64,000 nt of DNA from a virus. Its lineage: Duplodnaviria; Caudoviricetes. The stretch covers positions 64,001-128,000 of the IMG/VR virus record IMGVR_UViG_3300028888_000047; one strand, 5' to 3'. The notes under the pieces are model-generated. The model did not search any database, was not told the origin of the DNA, and worked only from the letters and a program-made list of their open reading frames with translations. Numbering within the stretch: position 1 is the first letter of the stretch; every line of letters begins with the position of its first letter. The translations under genes and the position numbers were made by a program. This document shows positions 29,140 to 38,706 of this stretch, piece after piece.

Positions 29140-30845
29140 CTTTTTTTTAGATAAAATCCTTTAGACCTATTTTTTTCTTGGTCAACTTTTCCATTAAGCC
29201 ATTTATATATAGTACCCGTACTAATTCCATTTATTCTGGCAGCTTCAACTATAGAATCATATGTTTCTATAATGTTTCCTTTTAAATCTACTTTTTCAAC
29301 GCATAAACCAGAATGATGCTTGTTTATATTTTCTTTTCGTTTAAGTTGAGAATTTGGATTCCTTACATTTTCCAATGGTGTTACTTCTCTAAGATTTTCA
29401 AGATTGTTGTTTAATGGATTAGAGTCAATGTGGTCAACCTGATTTCCTTTTTTTATTCTTCCATTAAAACTTTCATACACCAACCTATGAGTATAATGAG
29501 TTTTTTTATTTCCATTTGAATCGGTTAAACCTATTGTATAATATTGACCATATTTGATTGATTGCCTCATCAAATGCCTTTTTTTAACTCTTTTTATGTT
29601 GGTGTTTTTTTCTATTAATATTCTTTCTTTTGCAGCAACACGCCCATAATTAGACACTTCATAACAGTCTTCATATCCTATCACATTTTCCCATTTTTCA
29701 CCGGGTAAATCATTTATAATTGTTATCTGTTTTATACCTTTTCCAACTCTTCTTGCTGATAACTTTGCAACAGTCAGTTTGTTATTAAGCATATTTTCTC
29801 TTGTGGTTCCTCCAAGTCTCAAATTAGATATTTTATTATTTTTCACATCATTATCAATATGGTCTATTGTTGCATTATATCCTTTTTGTAAATCTATATT
29901 ATGAAAACTTTCATATAATTTTCTGTGTAAAATAAATGTTTTACCAGATAAGGATATTGTTGGTAAGTGATTACAAAATGATGGTTTAATAATATAATCA
30001 TCTATTTTTTTGCCAAATCTATTTTTCCTATTAATCCTTTTAAATCTCCCATCAGAACTACATTGGTATTTTCCCTCATAACCTCTTACATCTACCCACG
30101 TTTCTTCTTCAAATGTTAAAACATCTTCACCGTAATTGCTTAATTCTTTTTTAACATCATCTGTATTTGTGCTTTTATAGATATTCATTTCTTCTTCGAT
30201 ACACTCAGGGCATTTATGATTATTAAATCTTGGAAACTCTCTTGTGTTAGTAATAAAATATTTATTGTGCTTATTGCACCATACTTTTATTTTAAATGGA
30301 CTATTAAAATATGATTCTTTATCAACAACATATATATCTCCATATCTGTTTTTAACTGATTGGCAATAATCGTCATACACTGGCCTTTGTGTAATTGAAT
30401 GCTTTTCATTGGCACATTTAGGGCATCCATATCCAGCGTATAAATTACCTGGCTTTATCATCCACGCTCCATGTTCGATGCCGTCAGAATCTTTTACGTG
30501 ACATATAACTTTAATATGTTTATTACTATTAAAATATTCAGCTTCTGAAAAATCATATTTTATATTAGGAAATTTTTTATATAGTCTTTCTAAAAATTGT
30601 TCTTTTGAACTACCTCTTGTTTCATTTGAATGTTTTCTTCCTAATTCAGTTCCACATTTTGGGCATGCCATAACTGATGTTTTCGTTAAAATATTATGTG
30701 GTATAGCTTCAATATCGCCGTGTATCGGACACGTTAATATCACAGGCTTGAATGCACCTTTATACTCTGTTTTTTCATATGAAATTTGCCCGGGGAATTT
30801 TTTTTCTACTTCATTAATAAATTCTTCATTTGTTTTTATTATCAT
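29136..30845 (-). CDS. homing endonuclease: CxxHG/CPKC repeats, two NUMOD4-HNH modules, C-terminal HTH
   Basis: CPIHG..CPKC; W.DV.GYEG.YQ.S..GR; HR...IDHIDN...NN...NL twice; YDSIVEAAR..GI. Confidence 0.85.
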   Translation of the reverse strand: MIIKTNEEFINEVEKKFPGQISYEKTEYKGAFKPVILTCPIHGDIEAIPHNILTKTSVMACPKCGTELGRKHSNETRGSSKEQFLERLYKKFPNIKYDFSEAEYFNSNKHIKVICHVKDSDGIEHGAWMIKPGNLYAGYGCPKCANEKHSITQRPVYDDYCQSVKNRYGDIYVVDKESYFNSPFKIKVWCNKHNKYFITNTREFPRFNNHKCPECIEEEMNIYKSTNTDDVKKELSNYGEDVLTFEEETWVDVRGYEGKYQCSSDGRFKRINRKNRFGKKIDDYIIKPSFCNHLPTISLSGKTFILHRKLYESFHNIDLQKGYNATIDHIDNDVKNNKISNLRLGGTTRENMLNNKLTVAKLSARRVGKGIKQITIINDLPGEKWENVIGYEDCYEVSNYGRVAAKERILIEKNTNIKRVKKRHLMRQSIKYGQYYTIGLTDSNGNKKTHYTHRLVYESFNGRIKKGNQVDHIDSNPLNNNLENLREVTPLENVRNPNSQLKRKENINKHHSGLCVEKVDLKGNIIETYDSIVEAARINGISTGTIYKWLNGKVDQEKNRSKGFYLKKR

Positions 30846-30949
30846 GCGTTAAAATCATTTTGCAGCAAATATACAAAAAATATTAAAAAAAACAAAAAAA
30901 AACGCAGGAATATTTCATCCTGCGTTAAAAAAAAAATGTTATAACTACT

Positions 30950-31393
30950 TTATTTTCTTTCCAATATCATTGTTTTAAAGCCTTTTTTTGCTGTTCCATA
31001 AACCTCGAATCCAAATGACTTATAGAACTCAACAAGCCTATCCATATCCAAACCATTAACAGGAGGCTCATAAACAACCTCACCACATTCAAAGTGATAT
31101 GGGCAAGCATTAAGAAATATTAAATCATATTTACCTTTAAAACGTTTAACAATATCTTTTAAAAGAAATGTAGCATAACCTTTGTTTCTGTTCCAATATT
31201 CTGTTTCAAGGTTGAATAGATGCAAAACCTTTTTATCCATATATTCAGGTATGTATCTATTTTTTGTTCCGTCTGATGCTTTTTCTACACGAATGCTACA
31301 CAACACATTATTACGTACATCACATGATTCTAAACGATAGTAGCCATATTCTCCAACTACATTGAAAGAATTATCATTTATTTTTGCTTTCAT
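30950..31393 (-). CDS. GNAT-family acetyltransferase
   Basis: WNRNKGYATFLL acetyl-CoA loop; LVEFYKSFGF; likely start MKAK at 31393. Confidence 0.75.
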   Translation of the reverse strand: MKAKINDNSFNVVGEYGYYRLESCDVRNNVLCSIRVEKASDGTKNRYIPEYMDKKVLHLFNLETEYWNRNKGYATFLLKDIVKRFKGKYDLIFLNACPYHFECGEVVYEPPVNGLDMDRLVEFYKSFGFEVYGTAKKGFKTMILERK

Positions 31394-31958
31394 CGTATGC
31401 TTTCTTTGCCCCCTCAATACCTTCTTCCAGTTTTTTCTTTTCTGACATTACATGTTCCTCAGTAAATCCATAGAATGTCATTTCATATAAGCAGCCGGCA
31501 ACAATATCCTCCTTACTTAAAGAACTAAGAGTTTCCTTTGTTATAAACATTGTTACCCAATCTGGCCATTTGAGAAATTCTATACCATAGGAAATGTCTG
31601 GCTTTTTCAGACTAACGCCATCAACATCAAGCCATTCTCCATCTTCATCGTTTATGTGTTTAACCCTTATAAACAAATCATCAAGTCTGTGTTTCTTTGG
31701 CTTTTTCTTTAACAACTTATTAAATACGCTTTTATATCCATTCCTACTATCCTTTTGGTCCGGATAATACTTGCAAAGCCTTTTGAACACATCATCGAAG
31801 TTTACCTCTCTTAATAAAGTTTTAAGGGTAGTTGTTTCTATTTCAGCGATACGCGGGCATTTATCAACATTCTCAATCTCAGTATCTGCGCATTTGCAAA
31901 TGCCTTTCTGCAATAACTTGCACCACTTCTTTTCTACTTCACAATACTTTTTTCCCAT
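31374..31958 (-). CDS. DUF6557-like protein
   Basis: YGIEF..W..W...IVA.CLYEMTFYGF.EE; Cys-rich N-terminus. Confidence 0.55.
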   Translation of the reverse strand: MGKKYCEVEKKWCKLLQKGICKCADTEIENVDKCPRIAEIETTTLKTLLREVNFDDVFKRLCKYYPDQKDSRNGYKSVFNKLLKKKPKKHRLDDLFIRVKHINDEDGEWLDVDGVSLKKPDISYGIEFLKWPDWVTMFITKETLSSLSKEDIVAGCLYEMTFYGFTEEHVMSEKKKLEEGIEGAKKAYDESKNK

Positions 31959-31979
31959 TGTTTATCATTTAATTTGGTT

Positions 31980-32034
31980 CAAAGATACAATTATTTTTCC
32001 ATATAGCCAAAAATTTTTCGTTAAATTTTGTTAA
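31980..32034 (-). promoter_or_regulatory. repeated early promoter cassette
   Basis: TATCTTTG; GTTAA +40/+50. Confidence 0.75.
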
Positions 32035-32088
32035 TTATGTAATATTTATTTAGAAATAAGCTTATTTAAATAAAAATAATTAAAGAAA

Positions 32089-32400
32089 ATGGCAAATACA
32101 GTAAAAAATCCATTAGATGATTATCAGTTGCTTCAGGAAGTAAGCGGAGGTTCTTATTTCTTCGCAAATACTGATGACTTTGGCGTAGAAACCACAAAAA
32201 CACTTGAAGGCACTGCAAAACCTTATATCACAAACGAAGATGGCGAAAATGCTCTAAAAACAGGAGAACCATTAAATGCAGTTCCAAGAGGTGATTTGGA
32301 TAAAGGAACATATGATAACACATCGGATGTATATTATAATCCTGAATACACTTATGAAGTTCCAACAGGAGAAGAAGAAAGCGGAACAACTAATGGTTAA
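32089..32400 (+). CDS. acidic hypothetical protein, possible late gene
   Basis: 103 aa on + strand, ATATTTAT upstream, own terminator. Confidence 0.65.
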   Translation: MANTVKNPLDDYQLLQEVSGGSYFFANTDDFGVETTKTLEGTAKPYITNEDGENALKTGEPLNAVPRGDLDKGTYDNTSDVYYNPEYTYEVPTGEEESGTTNG

Positions 32401-32405
32401 AAAAT

Positions 32406-32439
32406 AAAGGTAGAGATTTAATACTTCTCTACCTTTTTT
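32406..32439 (+). terminator. intrinsic terminator
   Basis: AAAGGTAGAGA...TCTCTACCTTTTTT. Confidence 0.75.
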
Positions 32440-32459
32440 AATATACTGCTGGTAATAAA

Positions 32460-32843
32460 TCATCCTTTGGCATATTTTTTAACAACTTCAACAATATATG
32501 AAATAGTAAAACACTTTTCATCCTTATTTTCTATTTCTTCATCAGGTATTCTTATGCCGAATTCATTCTCCAATTCCATAGTTATTTCTATAATATCAAG
32601 ACTGTCGCATCCCAAATCATATATCAGGTTCGCATTGTCGTTTTTGACATCATATTCGTTGACCCCTAGTTTGTAGATAAGAATCTCTTTCACCTTATCT
32701 TTACATTCATCCATATAAGGCGATGGGTCATATACAAAGCATTTCTTTTTCATTTTCACTTTATTCATGCGTTTCTTTTTTCTTTCTTCTTCTGCTCTAC
32801 GCTTCATAGCTTTGGTGCGGAGATAATTACCGTATCTGCTCAT
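32460..32843 (-). CDS. acpP: acyl carrier protein with basic N-terminal extension
   Basis: DLGCDSLDIIEITMELENEFGIRIPDE with phosphopantetheine Ser motif. Confidence 0.85.
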   Translation of the reverse strand: MSRYGNYLRTKAMKRRAEEERKKKRMNKVKMKKKCFVYDPSPYMDECKDKVKEILIYKLGVNEYDVKNDNANLIYDLGCDSLDIIEITMELENEFGIRIPDEEIENKDEKCFTISYIVEVVKKYAKG

Positions 32844-33963
32844 TTCTTATCTTTTCTAAAAGTTTTGTTTTACTACATATAACATCATATTTATCCCAAT
32901 CTTTTGGAACGGAGTATTTAGAAGAATAATATAACAGTTTCACGCCGTTTTCTAGGCATAGCCTATTTTTAAGCAAATCCATTTCAAGACGTTTTTCAAA
33001 ACTATAATTTTTAAAAAACTCTCTTTCTTTAAAATGTTGCTCTCCTTGACATTCTATGGCCACATTAAATTCAGGTAAGTAAAAGTCTAAAGGCATTGGA
33101 TATTTATATTTAAGCCAATCAAACCGTTTTTCTCTTTCATATTTTATTTCATTCTCGTCAAGAAATAGTTTAATTTCACGTTCTAATTTGCTTTCACTAC
33201 ATGATGGGCATCCATTTCCATCTAAATGACTATATGCTGGCTGCCAAAATTCTCCGTGTTCAGGGCAAATAATACAAACGGGAGTTTTTCTATTTATATA
33301 TTCAACTTTTGAATAATCATATTTATCACCATGAATAGCTTTCGCCATTTCAATAAATTCATTTGTAGTATATTTATAACTTTGATGGGTACATTTTGGA
33401 CACTCAGCGCCTCTTATATGTGAATCTGGCGTTTGCCAAAACTCTCCATGTTCCGGACAAATTATACAAACTTTTTTCTTAGCCTTTACATATTCAACTT
33501 TTGAGTAATCATATTTATCTCCATATATAGATTTGGCTTTTTTTATGAAATATTCAGATGTCTTCCTTATTTTATTTCCTCCACGTTCATAGCCGCATTT
33601 AGGGCATCCATGACCATTATAAAAATGGTCTGGACGTGTTTCAAATTCACCGTGCTTTTTACATATAATTGTTACTTTTGTATCACAATTTACATAATTT
33701 ACTTTTGAATAATCATATTCATCGCCATAAATTTCTTTTGCTTTTTTAATAAAATCTTCTGTAGTTAATTTTCTATTGTGCGCACATTTGGGGCATCCTC
33801 TTCCTTGTAAATGTTTATTAGGGGTCTGCCAAAAATCACCATGTTCTGGACATATAATACAAACTTTTGTTTGGCTATTTATATAATTAACTTTAGAATA
33901 ATCATATTTACCTCCATGAATTTTTTTAGATTTTTCTATAAATTCTTTTGCTGTTTTTACCAT
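32827..33963 (-). CDS. putative homing endonuclease: four YDYSKVxY/CxxHG/CPKC repeats plus PD-(D/E)XK domain
   Basis: Repeats visible; ESKLE...LDFYLPEFNVAIECQGEQHF; likely start MVKTA at 33963. Confidence 0.8.
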   Translation of the reverse strand: MVKTAKEFIEKSKKIHGGKYDYSKVNYINSQTKVCIICPEHGDFWQTPNKHLQGRGCPKCAHNRKLTTEDFIKKAKEIYGDEYDYSKVNYVNCDTKVTIICKKHGEFETRPDHFYNGHGCPKCGYERGGNKIRKTSEYFIKKAKSIYGDKYDYSKVEYVKAKKKVCIICPEHGEFWQTPDSHIRGAECPKCTHQSYKYTTNEFIEMAKAIHGDKYDYSKVEYINRKTPVCIICPEHGEFWQPAYSHLDGNGCPSCSESKLEREIKLFLDENEIKYEREKRFDWLKYKYPMPLDFYLPEFNVAIECQGEQHFKEREFFKNYSFEKRLEMDLLKNRLCLENGVKLLYYSSKYSVPKDWDKYDVICSKTKLLEKIRNEQIR

Positions 33964-34039
33964 CACTATGCGTTTTATATATAAATATAACGCATTCCCC
34001 AAAATTAATCAAAAGGAGTTTAATAAAAGCTATATTTAT

Positions 34040-34552
34040 TTATTCTTGTTTTAGAAGCCAATTTCTTACTTCGTCTAAAGCCTTTCCTAATAGGTTTTGA
34101 CCTTGCCATTTAGATTCATTATCGGCTTCTGGCATATCTTCTGTTAATTTAATTCCCCAGATATTATCGTATTTTGACGCTTCAACGAATCCTTTGCCTT
34201 TCAACTCAGGATTAAGAATAAGTTCTTTAAGGTCTTCATTCTGTGAATACTTGGCTTTGTTGGCATCAACCATAACCTTATATCTCATTTCATTCCAAAC
34301 CTTATCGTTATATCCCTTAACCTCACGTCCTAAATCCTTTGCTTTCTTTGGGTCTTTTGTTGCTAGAATTTTATCAGCAGTTTCGTAATCTCCAAATACG
34401 ATAGCCTTTACATACATAAAGTATTGCTCACTATTGAAGAAATGAAGGGTTTTCTTTTCTCCTTTAATCATCATTTCAGCATCAAATCCTGCGGGATACC
34501 AATTACTTGGCCATTCTCCCCAAAATAAAATATGTTTATTAGTTACTTTCAT
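34040..34552 (-). CDS. NADAR (YbiA-like) ADP-ribose hydrolase
   Basis: SNWY, SEQYFM, KAI.FGD, P..AK.LGR.V, K.SQN, EAS..D.IWG, GQNLLG.AL. Confidence 0.92.
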   Translation of the reverse strand: MKVTNKHILFWGEWPSNWYPAGFDAEMMIKGEKKTLHFFNSEQYFMYVKAIVFGDYETADKILATKDPKKAKDLGREVKGYNDKVWNEMRYKVMVDANKAKYSQNEDLKELILNPELKGKGFVEASKYDNIWGIKLTEDMPEADNESKWQGQNLLGKALDEVRNWLLKQE

Positions 34553-35022
34553 GGTTCAAACTTTTTTAATTCAATTTCTTTTTCAATTATATATCCATAT
34601 AGTTTTGGCGTTCTTTCCATAGTAAGTTTTGATATTTTACTATTAAGAATACCACTCAAGGGAAATACTATTTTTTTATAACCTTTTTCTTTGCAAGCTT
34701 GTTTAATGTGTTCAAAGTCATCATCAATTACCTTTTTAAACTCTTCAAAGTCATCATCGGTCCAATTATGATTATCGGGGTTATCTCCCTTTTTATAGCC
34801 TTTTTGAGTTGTAATCGGGTAAGCGTTGTCAAGTCCTCTTAATATAGCGCTTGTTACTGAAGGGTAATGTAATCCTGTTTTCCCAAATCGTTTTGCATAT
34901 TCAGAATTATCTGACACTTTGCCTCTTCCTGATGTTCTATCGCAATTATCTGTAAAAATGAACAGCTTATTTTCACTGTTTTTTGCTAACCATCTAGTAT
35001 AACTTTCTTTTGTTAAATTCAT
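34549..35022 (-). CDS. phage protein, possible divergent macro-fold
   Basis: FIFTDN..R.SG...AILRG..NA.PITT...IVFP..GI; fold call is inference. Confidence 0.4.
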   Translation of the reverse strand: MNLTKESYTRWLAKNSENKLFIFTDNCDRTSGRGKVSDNSEYAKRFGKTGLHYPSVTSAILRGLDNAYPITTQKGYKKGDNPDNHNWTDDDFEEFKKVIDDDFEHIKQACKEKGYKKIVFPLSGILNSKISKLTMERTPKLYGYIIEKEIELKKFEP

Positions 35023-35459
35023 AACCCTAAATAATCAAGAATTGGTAAAACGTTTTTCCTTATCTCTTCCCTTTCAGCATCAGTATATTTTCTTCCTTCC
35101 TTTAAAAGAGATTCTGTCTCTTGTCTGGCAGTTAAAGGTGCTGCATTTTTAGAATACCTACTGCATTCCCAATCAATAACTGCTGCAAGCCAATCAACCT
35201 TGTTTAAGCCATATCTCCTACCTGAAAATATATGATGTTTATTATGGTATTTATGCCATTTTTGCACACGTTTATAGTCTCCCCAAAATAGTTTTAGCCA
35301 AGGCTTTTCAATATCGTGCAATAACCATTTTGGCTTCCAAACTCCTAGTTTAAGCGCAACTAAATTGTAATTTCTCCAATGGTAGTACCAATACTTGAAA
35401 CTACTTCTTTGACTTTTATCAAACTTCTTTGATTTTTCTAATAATTTATCGTAGTTCAT
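35019..35459 (-). CDS. HD-superfamily (DUF5662-like) protein
   Basis: H...LLHDIEK...H...NKHH...VIDW. Confidence 0.65.
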   Translation of the reverse strand: MNYDKLLEKSKKFDKSQRSSFKYWYYHWRNYNLVALKLGVWKPKWLLHDIEKPWLKLFWGDYKRVQKWHKYHNKHHIFSGRRYGLNKVDWLAAVIDWECSRYSKNAAPLTARQETESLLKEGRKYTDAEREEIRKNVLPILDYLGL

Positions 35460-35644
35460 TGTGGCAAATAAAATTCAATTAAGATTATTAGTGTTAGAAA
35501 TGCTAACAATGCAAATATTGCAAGATTAACCCAAAAATTAGCTTTTACAAGTTGCCTTACCTGACAGCATATTAAAACCTTTATAAACGCCAAAATTACT
35601 ATGGCAATATATATTGTAAATAAAAATGAAAATATTCCTGCCAT
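35456..35644 (-). CDS. small 2-TM protein
   Basis: 62 aa hydrophobic, 4-bp overlap. Confidence 0.5.
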   Translation of the reverse strand: MAGIFSFLFTIYIAIVILAFIKVLICCQVRQLVKANFWVNLAIFALLAFLTLIILIEFYLPQ

Positions 35645-35651
35645 ATTTTAA

Positions 35652-36524
35652 TTAATTGTTAAAGGTTTCTGCAAATGGAAGATAGTTACCTCTTGGATTA
35701 TGTTCTCTGTGTGAATTGCCATCATCAAGAACAGCGAATACTATCTTTTCAAACTTATCACGATATTCAGGTTCTTCAAGAACTTCCTTGAACAATTTTG
35801 CAACATCTTCAGGAGGATTAGCAAATGCTCCACAACCAAATGCTCCCAATACAATTGAATCATTTTCCCAATATATTGCAAGATTAAGCATTGTTCTGAT
35901 TTTCTCCTTTGTAATACTCTTTGCCCAATCACTCATATGACCTTTTGAGTCAAGTGGTGGATTACTTAGAGCTGCAATTGTGATGACATCTATGTTAAAT
36001 AGTTTATCCATAAATGCATATTCTTTGTCATCACTTTCCCTGAACACTGAGATTGAAGGAGAATATATTGCTCCATGATTTACAGGTAATGGATAACGCT
36101 TTTTTTCAAGCGGCAAGCAATATTCCTTTGATAAAGTATCAATAAACCTAAAGATGGATTCAAATAGGTTTGTTCGCCTGCAAATATTTTCCTCTTGTGC
36201 TCTTGAACCTTTTCTCACTCCTCCACCCGGAACTTTAAATGAAGCAAAGTTGACTACAGCAGGAGAATATCCATCATCATATAGTTCCTTTGCTGCATAC
36301 AAACAGTCTTGGTTGACCACTTTAATCTCTGTCTTGAAACGTTTTAGTTTATCAAAATTGATGTTCTTCTTGATGTCTTTATCATAGAACGTAACGCTAT
36401 CAAGATTAATTCCATCGTGTTCTCTTGGTATATCTACCTTTTCACCTTTGCTGTTTATGTAAAATCCTTTATTAACAACATAAACGGTTTCAGCGAACAC
36501 CTTTATTAAGTCTTCTCTTTCCAT
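35652..36524 (-). CDS. TIGR02452/DUF2263 bacterial PARG-like macrodomain
   Basis: NFAS..PGGG..GS.AQEE..CRRT, IYSP, VLGAFGCGAF.NPP. Confidence 0.92.
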   Translation of the reverse strand: MEREDLIKVFAETVYVVNKGFYINSKGEKVDIPREHDGINLDSVTFYDKDIKKNINFDKLKRFKTEIKVVNQDCLYAAKELYDDGYSPAVVNFASFKVPGGGVRKGSRAQEENICRRTNLFESIFRFIDTLSKEYCLPLEKKRYPLPVNHGAIYSPSISVFRESDDKEYAFMDKLFNIDVITIAALSNPPLDSKGHMSDWAKSITKEKIRTMLNLAIYWENDSIVLGAFGCGAFANPPEDVAKLFKEVLEEPEYRDKFEKIVFAVLDDGNSHREHNPRGNYLPFAETFNN

Positions 36525-36617
36525 TAAAAATAATATAAGATATTAAACAATATATTACAAATATACAAAAAATATATTAAATATAATAATAAATTAATAT
36601 AAAAATATATTATATTA

Positions 36618-36845
36618 TTAATAATCATAATCAATATATTCTGTATTGTTCGTATTATATTCTACATCGCTATACGAAGGTTTAAGACCTATTCTAAGCA
36701 AAGAAACTGTCACCCATAAAAACATCAGGCCAAGCATAAAGCACCAAAACTTACCAACTCTTTCTTCGCTTTTTTCGGCGTTAAATAATAACACAATTGT
36801 TATAATACCCGATAAAATGGCAGGCAAAATCGCAAAAAAACTCAT
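36618..36845 (-). CDS. small 2-TM protein
   Basis: 75 aa. Confidence 0.5.
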   Translation of the reverse strand: MSFFAILPAILSGIITIVLLFNAEKSEERVGKFWCFMLGLMFLWVTVSLLRIGLKPSYSDVEYNTNNTEYIDYDY

Positions 36846-37069
36846 AGTGATTTACCGTTTAATATTTCCATATCTATTTCATCACAAGCATCAAACACAA
36901 AACCATCTTCAAGTGAGTCTTCCGCCAAATCAAGGAAGAAAGATATTTGCAACAGTGTATCATCAGATAAAGTTGCGTCAACTTTCTTATAAGATTCAAG
37001 TCTATTTTTAATGCTTTCTAATTTATCTTCAACATTTTTAATAAGTTTATTCTGGGTCATATTTTCCAT
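36842..37069 (-). CDS. hypothetical protein
   Basis: 75 aa. Confidence 0.5.
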   Translation of the reverse strand: MENMTQNKLIKNVEDKLESIKNRLESYKKVDATLSDDTLLQISFFLDLAEDSLEDGFVFDACDEIDMEILNGKSL

Positions 37070-37214
37070 TTTTAATTAAATTATTCATTTCACGTTCAAA
37101 GTATAAAAGTTGTTCATCTGTAAGATTTTCAACCCACACTTTTTATGTTATTGGTTCTAAATCTGAACTCTAGGTATTTTTCTAACATAACTTTATATTT
37201 TATTTCTATCTTTT

Positions 37215-37928
37215 TCAATATTTAAGCCACGACATTAACACTAGATTATCATTAAATCTTCCATATGCCGTAGGGTGTTCAACATCATCTTCATCAACGT
37301 CACTTCTAACATATTTAGAAATATATTCGTAAAGTTCTTTGGCCGTTATTTTTCTATCTTTGTTGCTATCAGCCCCTCCTTTTAAGCCATTAATAACTCT
37401 GTTATAGAAATAACTATTTCTTTTTCCTACTTCTTCAAGAGAATATTCATTTTTTCTGGATGCGGTAAAAGCAACAAAATGCCCATTTTTAGGAAGTTTT
37501 ATTTTGTTGGCTGCTTTTTTGATTCCTCCTGATTCGCAAGCACCGGTAAAAATTATTTTTCTGCATGCTTTTGATGAATTAAATATTGAAACTATTTCAT
37601 TGTACCAAATAAAACCATCCCCACAAGAAATTCCATCATTACACCCATGGCCGCTAAAAGCAAAAACAAGCATATCTTCTTCCTTACATGATTTTGCTTG
37701 CTTTTTAAGGTATTTGAAAACGTTAGTTCTATTAACACTTTCCCCTCTTATTAAGAAAATCATTGCACCCCTATTTCTATATAAATCAGCAAGGTCTTTC
37801 ATGTCATTCTCTGGGCAATTTAAATCTCCATTAGCAGCATAAAAAACTCCATATACTTTTCCATTAGTATTGTTGATGCTGATAAATAAAAATATAATTG
37901 CAATGAAAATATTTTTAAATATCTCCAT
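37215..37928 (-). CDS. caspase-like (C14) protease with signal peptide
   Basis: FSGHG His, GACESG Cys, ASR..E.S.E, GGAD.N.D..IT..EL; likely start MEIFK at 37928. Confidence 0.8.
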   Translation of the reverse strand: MEIFKNIFIAIIFLFISINNTNGKVYGVFYAANGDLNCPENDMKDLADLYRNRGAMIFLIRGESVNRTNVFKYLKKQAKSCKEEDMLVFAFSGHGCNDGISCGDGFIWYNEIVSIFNSSKACRKIIFTGACESGGIKKAANKIKLPKNGHFVAFTASRKNEYSLEEVGKRNSYFYNRVINGLKGGADSNKDRKITAKELYEYISKYVRSDVDEDDVEHPTAYGRFNDNLVLMSWLKY

Positions 37929-38481
37929 TATTTGTGTAATCCGGATTTCCATCAGAGTCTTTTTTAGGAGTAATTATTGTATCTTTACTTTCTATGTTTA
38001 CAATATACCTTTCATCGTTTGCAACATCCGCAACTTCACCAGTCAATCTATTGTAAATGACATAAACGTTATATGAATTTCCTTTGTTATCTTTGAACTT
38101 TACGCTTTTTGCTCGAAGTTTTTCGTTAAGAGTAAACCAAGATATTTTACCTTCAATAATGGTAGGTATTCTACTTTCAGGAATTCCAACGTAAATAACT
38201 TCAATATCATTGTAATTAAAACACTTTTTTAAAGCGTCTTCAACATCAACATCATTATTAACATAGAACCCTGTTTTGTTGTTTGGAATTGTGTCAGAAT
38301 TATTAATCTTAACTGTATCTTTCTTATCACTTCCAAATAATCGCTCTATAACCTCTTCTTTCGCCATCTGAGACGATTTCGGAGCCGCTATGGCAAACAT
38401 ATAAGCCATAGCAAAAACAATAGCCACGGTGAAGATTATATACTTCAAACAGCCAAATTTCTTTTTTCCGTATGTACTCAT
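37915..38481 (-). CDS. membrane-anchored hypothetical protein
   Basis: KKKFGCL plus TM helix. Confidence 0.6.
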   Translation of the reverse strand: MSTYGKKKFGCLKYIIFTVAIVFAMAYMFAIAAPKSSQMAKEEVIERLFGSDKKDTVKINNSDTIPNNKTGFYVNNDVDVEDALKKCFNYNDIEVIYVGIPESRIPTIIEGKISWFTLNEKLRAKSVKFKDNKGNSYNVYVIYNRLTGEVADVANDERYIVNIESKDTIITPKKDSDGNPDYTNNGDI

Positions 38482-38484
38482 TTT

Positions 38485-38706
38485 TTATTTTATTTTTAAT
38501 AAGTCTTCAATATAACACCATTTATCTATTTTCCATTCATATCTCAACCAATCTAGTTTTTCAAAGCTAGACATAGAAAAATAACGGTTATTTTCATGAA
38601 TATAAGCGTCACGTACTTCAATTCTATTATAGTAATGGTGGACCAATATTATATTTGACTTTGGTCTAGGATATTCATTAGACTTATGCCACAATTTTTT
38701 ACTCAT
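38485..38706 (-). CDS. conserved small phage protein
   Basis: LWH....P...KWCYIEDLL. Confidence 0.6.
   Translation of the reverse strand: MSKKLWHKSNEYPRPKSNIILVHHYYNRIEVRDAYIHENNRYFSMSSFEKLDWLRYEWKIDKWCYIEDLLKIK

Noticed and set aside
28071-30845. MTase plus nuclease as a type II restriction-modification system
   Set aside because: The nuclease has NUMOD4/HNH homing-endonuclease architecture; an orphan MTase beside a mobile endonuclease is simpler.
32827-33963. Internal repeats as a DGR or an intron
   Set aside because: The repeats are in-frame protein Zn-binding units; no reverse transcriptase, adenine-specific variation or interrupted host gene was seen.
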